Below, piece after piece: positions 46,155-49,765 of a stretch of DNA of 49,765 nt; the stretch's first letter is position 1, and each line of letters starts with the position of its first letter. Below the pieces are notes generated by a model. That model was not told where the DNA came from and did no database searches. It was given only the letters and a program-made list of their open reading frames with translations. The stretch lies in the NCBI GenBank assembly GCA_031255175.1, contig JAIRTA010000012.1, forward strand, positions 1-49,765, in the 5' to 3' direction. The position numbers were made by a program, and so were the translations under genes. Source of the DNA: Oscillospiraceae bacterium (GTDB taxonomy: Bacteria > Bacillota > Clostridia > Oscillospirales > UBA929).

Positions 46155-49100
46155 TTAGATGTAGGTGGAGATGAGCATGATGTCGAGCAGGTCGATGATC
46201 CCGTCGCCGTTGGCGTCATACTTCTGCGCGGCGCCCCAGTTGGCGTCGCCTTCCCCAATCAAGTAGTATCTGTAGATGATCAGGGAAAGGTCGGCCAATG
46301 TGACCGTGCCGTCCGCGTCCTCATCATAGGGCGCGTAAGCGGAGATCGCGCTGGCGGGATCCAGTTTGCAGATGACTGTGAGGGGGGTGGTGGCGCCCGA
46401 CGCCAATTCGACGACGGTGACCTCCGTGAGAGCGCCGGTGACGTCTTCCGCACCGTCGACGGTGAAGTTCACCGTCAGGACCGGTGTGCTCGCAGACGCC
46501 GTGAACAGAGTTTCTCTTTGCAACAGCATGATGGTGGCCGTGTATATACCGGTGGCCGGATCATATCTGTCGAGTACGCTCGCGTCGGGGATCTCGACGC
46601 TGCTGTTGACATACGTCAGCTTGGCGGCGTCAAACTTGGCGCTGACGCTGATCACGTTGGTGCCGATGTTGATGTTGGCCAGCGAAACGGTGTAGGCCAA
46701 CGCGCCGGCGCCGGAATAGGTCTTCGCGGCGGCGATGCCGGCGGTCTGCACGGTGTCGGCCGCGGTTTTGCTGACGGTCTGCGTGTAGAGGCTGCCTTCC
46801 GGATACTCATACACGGGCAACCCGTTGGGTTCGGTGAACGACCTGAAATGCATGAGTTCTGTCAGAACCTCTTTGACGCGCTCTTCCGCCACGTCGCGCT
46901 GGTAGTAGCAGGAATTCTCCAACTGGATGAGCCGGCCGCCTGTGGCGCTGCCCATGATCCAGTTGATGCCGGACGGCTGATCCAGATAACCGTCGCCGTA
47001 GGCGCCCCAGTCATACATGAAGATGCCGTCAAATCCCCACTCCCCGCGCACGATGCCGTTGATCAGCCCGGGGTTCTGGTTCGGGTGCTCGCCGTTTATA
47101 TGGTTGTAGCTGGTCATGATGGCCCTGGGGTTCGCCTCTTTTACGGCGTACTCGAAGTTTCTCAGATAGATCTCCCGAGCCGCGCGCTCTGTCATCAGGG
47201 TATCTACGCTGGTACGGCCGGACTCCTGGTTGTTGGCGTAGAAGTGCTTCAAGGTGACCGCCACGCCGCCCAGGGACTGGACGCCTCTGGTCACGGCCGC
47301 GGCCACGGACCCGGAGAGGAACGGGTCTTCGGAATAGTACTCGAAGTTACGCCCGTTCAGCGGGTCGCGGTGGATGTTCATGCCGGGGGCCAGCCATGTG
47401 GAGGCGCCGAAGTGGGCCATCTCGGACCCCACGGCCATACCCGCGTCAAACAGCAGGTCCGTGTTCCAGGTCTGCGCGTTCAGCGTGCCCTGCGGGAACA
47501 TGGTGGCTTTTTGCTGCACGCCGCCGGCGGCGTTGAGGGTGATCCGCAGGCCGGCCGGGCCGTCCGGCTGCGAGGACTGGGGTACGCCGAAGAAATCGAT
47601 GCCGTAAGTGTGCGCGGCCGAGCCGGGCAGGATGTTGGCCTGTCCGCCGCCCCGGCTCAGGGCACACAGATCTTCGGCGGAGAACTGGCTCACAAATACG
47701 TCCAAAGAGACCCTGCCGTTGTACACGTCAATCAGCTGCCAGGGTGTACCCTGAGGAAGAATCCGCGTCCTGTAGTCGGACTGGTTGCGGGCCAGATCTC
47801 CGGTGGTGTTGCTCCACCCCGTGCCCCAATCCTCCGGGAAGTCCTCTTCGTTGCTGACAAAAGACTTCTCACCGGGGAAGTGGCCGGGACGGCTTGTCCC
47901 CGGATTGATGGCGGTGGGGAAGACAAATTTTTCCAATTTTTGAGTTCTTGTCGTCGCGTCATCGAACTTGGACAATACGGGGAACGCCAAGTTTTCGCGG
48001 CCGTTCATCGGGGCGGCCCCGGGGCTGTCCGCCACCTCGACGACGCGCAGCGCGGGCAGCGTCCAGGTGCCGGCCAGATCCACTTGCTTGACCGAGGTGC
48101 CGATGTAGAAGTCATACGCGCCGGCATCCAAGATCCAAGCTTTCAGATCTTCGCTGTAAGACGTGAGCCAGTAGACCGGTGTCTTGATGGTGATGGTCTG
48201 GCTCTGGCCGGGCGCCAGTTCGTCGGTCTTGGCGTAGCCCTTGAGCTCTTTGGCGGGTTTTTCCAGTGTTCCGTCCGGGGCGCTCATATAGACCTGCACG
48301 ACCTCTTTGCCCGCGCGGCTGCCGGTGTTGGTCACGGTCGCCGTCGCGACGAGCTCGTCACCAACCACCGCGGCCGACAGACCGGACAGGGCAAAGGTGG
48401 TGTAAGAGAGGCCGTAGCCGAACTCATACTTCACCGGGATGTTGAAGGTCTCATAGTAGCGGTAGCCCACGTAGATGTCCTCGGGATAAGCCACACCCGT
48501 GTAATTGCCCCACGTGGTGGTCAACCCGGTGTTGGAGATGACGGCGTGATAGAAGGCCTGCGGCGTGGCGCCGGCCGAGGCGAAGTTGTTCCTGGCGGGG
48601 GCGTCGTTGATGTCGTAGGGCCAGGTGTCGGCGAATTTGCCGGAGGGGTTCTTGACGCCGGTGATGATATCGCCCACAGCACTGCCGCCCGCGTGGCCGC
48701 CCAGGCCGGCAAACAGCAGCGCGTCGGGCTGATAGTCGTCGATCCAACCCACATCGGACACGGCGCCCTCGTTCAAGATGACGACCACCTTGTCAAAGGC
48801 GGCGAAGACACGGTTGAGGTTCGCGATCTCAATGGCCGTGAGATTGTAAGGGTTGTTGCCGCTGATGGTCCGGTCACCACCCTCGGAGGAGGTGCGGCCG
48901 ATGACATAAATGGCAATGTCGTTGCGCTCGGCGGCAGTTTCGACAAGGCCGTCTAAAATGGCAACGTCGGTCTGTGTATTCAATTGGTTGCCGGTGGCGC
49001 GGGTATTGTACCAGTTTCTCACTTCGGCATCCAAGATCAGGCCGGCGTCAGCCAGACCGGCGTCAATCTTCTTGAGGTCGGCGTCGAGCGTGTTGACGTC

Positions 49101-49370
49101 GCCGGAACCGCCGCCGCCCTTGATGGTGTTTCTGGCGCAGACGCCGAAGACAGCCACGTTTGTGCCGGGCGAGAGGGGCAGAATGCCGTTGTTCTCCATG
49201 AGAACCATGCCCTCGGCGGCGTTGGCGCGGGAGATGGCGACGTTCCTTGCGAACAGATCGGGATCGTACTGGGTGGGACCTGGGGTGATGGTTCCGGCCA
49301 AAACGCTGACCGGGGCCATCATGATCAGGAGCATGAGCGCGAGAGCAATGGCCAGGGTTTTCTTCTTCAT
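46155..49370 (-). CDS. GH3 beta-glycosidase with permuted domain order, a cohesin-like beta-sandwich and a C-terminal dockerin
   Basis: AAGGGAGGA lies 7 nt before the ATG, followed by signal peptide MKKKTLAIALALMLLIMMAPVSVLAG. The GH3 C-terminal-type domain comes first (..LMENNGILPL..GGGSGDV..NPSGKFADTWP..), then an FnIII-like domain (..GKEVVQVYMSAP..). The GH3 N-terminal TIM-barrel domain follows (..KHFYANNQE..GFDGIFMYDWGA..). Two dockerin Ca-binding repeats close the protein (DEDADGTVTLADL, DANGDGIIDLLDI). Confidence 0.9.
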   Translation of the reverse strand: MKKKTLAIALALMLLIMMAPVSVLAGTITPGPTQYDPDLFARNVAISRANAAEGMVLMENNGILPLSPGTNVAVFGVCARNTIKGGGGSGDVNTLDADLKKIDAGLADAGLILDAEVRNWYNTRATGNQLNTQTDVAILDGLVETAAERNDIAIYVIGRTSSEGGDRTISGNNPYNLTAIEIANLNRVFAAFDKVVVILNEGAVSDVGWIDDYQPDALLFAGLGGHAGGSAVGDIITGVKNPSGKFADTWPYDINDAPARNNFASAGATPQAFYHAVISNTGLTTTWGNYTGVAYPEDIYVGYRYYETFNIPVKYEFGYGLSYTTFALSGLSAAVVGDELVATATVTNTGSRAGKEVVQVYMSAPDGTLEKPAKELKGYAKTDELAPGQSQTITIKTPVYWLTSYSEDLKAWILDAGAYDFYIGTSVKQVDLAGTWTLPALRVVEVADSPGAAPMNGRENLAFPVLSKFDDATTRTQKLEKFVFPTAINPGTSRPGHFPGEKSFVSNEEDFPEDWGTGWSNTTGDLARNQSDYRTRILPQGTPWQLIDVYNGRVSLDVFVSQFSAEDLCALSRGGGQANILPGSAAHTYGIDFFGVPQSSQPDGPAGLRITLNAAGGVQQKATMFPQGTLNAQTWNTDLLFDAGMAVGSEMAHFGASTWLAPGMNIHRDPLNGRNFEYYSEDPFLSGSVAAAVTRGVQSLGGVAVTLKHFYANNQESGRTSVDTLMTERAAREIYLRNFEYAVKEANPRAIMTSYNHINGEHPNQNPGLINGIVRGEWGFDGIFMYDWGAYGDGYLDQPSGINWIMGSATGGRLIQLENSCYYQRDVAEERVKEVLTELMHFRSFTEPNGLPVYEYPEGSLYTQTVSKTAADTVQTAGIAAAKTYSGAGALAYTVSLANINIGTNVISVSAKFDAAKLTYVNSSVEIPDASVLDRYDPATGIYTATIMLLQRETLFTASASTPVLTVNFTVDGAEDVTGALTEVTVVELASGATTPLTVICKLDPASAISAYAPYDEDADGTVTLADLSLIIYRYYLIGEGDANWGAAQKYDANGDGIIDLLDIMLISTYI

Positions 49371-49564
49371 GAAATTTTCCTCCCTTTTTGTTCAAACCTT
49401 TCCTTCTGAGATCTCATTCGATTGTCTTTTTCTGCGAGGAAATCACGGTGAGTACCCTCAAGGGGCTCTAAGACTGTCCGTCCTCCGCGTTGACCCCGTG
49501 GCGGACGCATCCCCCCTTTCTCCTCTCGAATTCGTACCACGTAACCAACGCCATTGGTTCGATG

Positions 49565-49765
49565 TCATCCCTCCCCTTCAACATTTTTCACTGCCTCTGT
49601 GAATCTGTGCAGCACAGCGGCGAACTCGGCGCGGGTCGCGTGCCCACGCGGGTCGAACCTGTTGTTCGGCTTGCCGGAGATGATGCCCTGCGTGACCAGC
49701 TTGGCAACGGCCTCCTTTGCGTAGTCGCCGATGCCGTCCCCGTCGGCAAACGCGCGCGCCTCGGA
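49565..49765 (-). CDS. SLH-domain protein, C-terminal fragment (the gene continues beyond the window); absent from the ORF track
   Basis: The minus-strand frame is open from the window edge for 66 codons to TGA (49565-49567). The translation SEARAFADGDGIGDYAKEAVAKLVTQGIISGKPNNRFDPRGHATRAEFAAVLHRFTEAV.. is an SLH repeat. Confidence 0.75.
   Translation of the reverse strand, partial: SEARAFADGDGIGDYAKEAVAKLVTQGIISGKPNNRFDPRGHATRAEFAAVLHRFTEAVKNVEGEG

Noticed and set aside
45891-48956. A 1,021-aa plus-strand ORF opposite the GH3 gene.
   Set aside because: The opposite strand encodes a complete GH3 enzyme with a signal peptide, catalytic motifs and a dockerin. The plus-strand translation is low-complexity (G/R/V/A/D-rich) with no RBS or domains.
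1-49765. CRISPR arrays, tRNA, rRNA, and toxin-antitoxin or defence-type gene pairs.
   Set aside because: There are no regularly spaced repeats beyond the 2-3-unit micro-repeats reported. No cloverleaf-like or rRNA-like segment occurs in the intergenic gaps. No small paired ORFs with defence or TA signatures are present.

Overview
This is a high-G+C Clostridia-type chromosome segment, judged from sporulation-type genes, SLH and dockerin modules, GGAGG-type ribosome-binding sites (RBS) and many 4-nt start/stop overlaps. From 0 to about 27.6 kb it is ordinary core genome: SLH cell-wall proteins, yqeG / M24 peptidase / efp, nadA-nadB-nadC, a SpoIVFA/SpoIVFB-like M23/M50 pair, two OmpR/HisKA two-component systems, glnS, a SEDS (FtsW/RodA) protein, tsaE-tsaB, a D-Ala-D-Ala carboxypeptidase, comEA and a GerMN lipoprotein. 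From 27.7 to 49.4 kb is an accessory island made only of four giant secreted glycoside hydrolases. These are a 2,987-codon ORF carrying two complete GH78 alpha-L-rhamnosidase units, a visibly lower-G+C GH43 multi-CBM enzyme, a second GH78 enzyme, and a domain-permuted GH3 enzyme ending in a dockerin. No transporter, regulator or mobility gene is visible in the island. It shows several signs of modular evolution. The two GH78 genes share a 69-bp promoter/operator module. Their C-terminal Ig-like tails are paralogous and contain a 62-nt near-identical tract. An orphan copy of that tail lies behind the GH3 stop codon. A frameshifted stub of a resident gene lies in front of the low-G+C GH43 gene. 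I found no rRNA, tRNA, CRISPR array, transposase or integrase. Most other long ORFs in the track are antisense or out-of-frame shadows typical of high-G+C DNA. All domain calls come from reading the translations by eye and need HMM or BLAST confirmation.
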